Shown here: in pieces, positions 62,809-64,000 of the stretch
Position numbering within the stretch: position 1 is the first letter of the stretch
Layout of the letters: each line of letters opens with the position of its first letter
DNA from: an uncultured Actinomycetes bacterium
GTDB lineage: Bacteria > Actinomycetota > Acidimicrobiia > IMCC26256 > PALSA-610
Direction of reading: 5' to 3'
DNA: 64,000 bases
Assembly (NCBI GenBank): GCA_963841215.1
Contig: CAWJBW010000003.1
Coordinates: 680,269 to 744,268, forward strand
Notes under the pieces: generated by a model
Told to the model about the DNA's origin: nothing
What the model saw: only the letters and a program-made list of their open reading frames with translations
The model's database searches: none
Translations under genes and position numbers: made by a program

Positions 62809-62832
62809 AGTTCAAGTGAACTTGAGGTCAAG
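62809..62832 (-). promoter_or_regulatory. second SoxR box within a TTGACC -35 promoter
   Basis: Reverse strand reads CTTGACCTCAAGTTCACTTGAACT (CCTCAAGT-TC-ACTTGAAC), about 40 nt upstream of the 62789 start. Confidence 0.7.
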
Positions 62833-62989
62833 GGCCGCCGCTCATGAGATCCGCGCGAATCGCCGCTTGAGCTCGGCCGGTGTCGAACAGAGATGCGGCC
62901 GTGACCCAGTCGGGCTGCTTGTGCCGATGCTGCTCGGCCCGGCTAACTCCAACCGATCGCCTACGCGGATCATGACGACTACCACTTGC

Positions 62990-64000
62990 TCACCTCTCAG
63001 CGGCCGCGACTTCGGCGTTGAGTGCCTTCAACGCGTCGTTGTAGATCTCGGAGAAGGTAGGGAACGGTTGGATCGTGTCGCGCAGGATCGGGAGCGGTAC
63101 GTGCGCGCGGATGGCCAACGTGGCTTGTTGGAGCCATTCGCCGGCTTCGGGCCCGAGCACGTACGCGCCGGTGAGCCGCTGCCCGTCGCTGAGGAGGGTC
63201 AGGAAGCCATTCGACTCGGCGTACGCGCGGGTGTAGGTGGCGGTTTTCGAGACCCCCGAGACCGGTGCGCTGCCGCGTGAAGCGCGCGTCGCTGTCCCCG
63301 ACGGCCGCCGCTTGCGGATCGGTGAAGACGACGCGCGGGAGCGCTTCGTAGTTGGCTGTGCGGGGCTCGCCGAGGATGTTCGCGGCGACGATGTCGCCCT
63401 GGTACTTGCCCGTGGTCGTCAAGGGCCAGATGCCGGTGACGTCGCCGATCGCCCAGATCCCGTCGCCGGCGCGCAACTGCGTGTCAACGGGGATCCCGTT
63501 GTCGTCGGCAGTGATGGCGACGGACTCCAGCCCGATGTCGTGGACGCGGGGACGGCGACCGGTCGCGACGAGCAGGCGGTCACCCCGCAGCTCGCGGTCA
63601 TCGTCGAGTTCGAGCACGAACTCGACGCCTTCGCGGCGCGCTGCGGTCGCGTTGACGCCGAGCACCATCTCAATGCCGTCGCGGCGGAGGACGTCGCCGA
63701 GTGCGAAGCCCAGCGCTTCCGGCTCCCTCGGGAGTACGTGCTCGGCCATGTCGACGAGTGCGACATCGCCGCCGAGTCGGCGCACGGCCTGGGCCATCTC
63801 GACGCCGACCGGACCGCTGCCCAGGATCAGCAGGCGGCGGGGGATCGCCTCCATCGCGGTCACCTCGCGGTTGGTCCACACACCCTTGAGCTCCGGGAGG
63901 CCCGGGACCGGCGGGATGATGGGTTCCGAGCCGGTGGCGACGACGACGTGCCGGGCGGTGTATCGAATGCCGCCGACTTCGACGGCACCGTGTCCCGCGA
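62990..64000 (-). CDS. pyridine nucleotide-disulfide oxidoreductase (dihydrolipoyl dehydrogenase / mercuric-reductase-like), C-terminal two thirds; continues past window end; frame switch near 63275
   Basis: NAD fold LLILGSGPVGVEMAQ, LLVATGRRP, IWAIGDVTG, and the dimerisation domain in a shifted frame (TYTRAYAESNGFLTLLSDGQRLTGAYVLGPEAGEWLQQATLAIRAHVPLPILRDTIQPFPTFSEIY). Confidence 0.8.

Overview
GC-rich, actinobacterial-type chromosomal window. 1-14.3 kb is a housekeeping block: nadA (partial), a K+ channel, uvrC-rapZ-gap-pgk-tpiA-secG, then a five-gene Opp/Dpp-type peptide ABC importer ending at a tRNA-Leu(GAG) gene (14288-14371). From that tRNA to about 34.4 kb lies a composite accessory region. 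The tRNA 3' end (CCCCTCCGACAC) recurs six more times in the same orientation and cuts the region into six segments. These segments carry a Rieske-oxygenase/TauD/amidohydrolase catabolic cluster, small ArsR/VOC and hydrolase modules, a sulfite-oxidase-like operon, several truncated genes, and a 0.6-kb module present twice next to the repeats. I see no integrase or intact transposase; an internally deleted IS481-type remnant abuts the last repeat. 35-64 kb holds two DUF1254/DUF1214 paralogues around an AI-2E transporter and a YihY protein, a MalT/LuxR-type regulator, a second K+ channel, an XPB-like helicase next to a SNF2/HelZ-like helicase, a cNMP-binding protein coupled to a 924-aa membrane/HEAT-repeat protein, a VanY-like peptidase with a two-component system, and a soxR locus with two recognisable SoxR boxes. 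Many genes, above all in 1-13.8 kb, have reading frames broken by clustered 1-nt indels while long neighbours are intact. I read this as more likely a sequence-quality problem than real decay, and it limits coordinate precision. No rRNA and no CRISPR array were seen. The most unusual feature is the repeat-partitioned tRNA-Leu island together with its duplicated, unassignable repeat-adjacent module.
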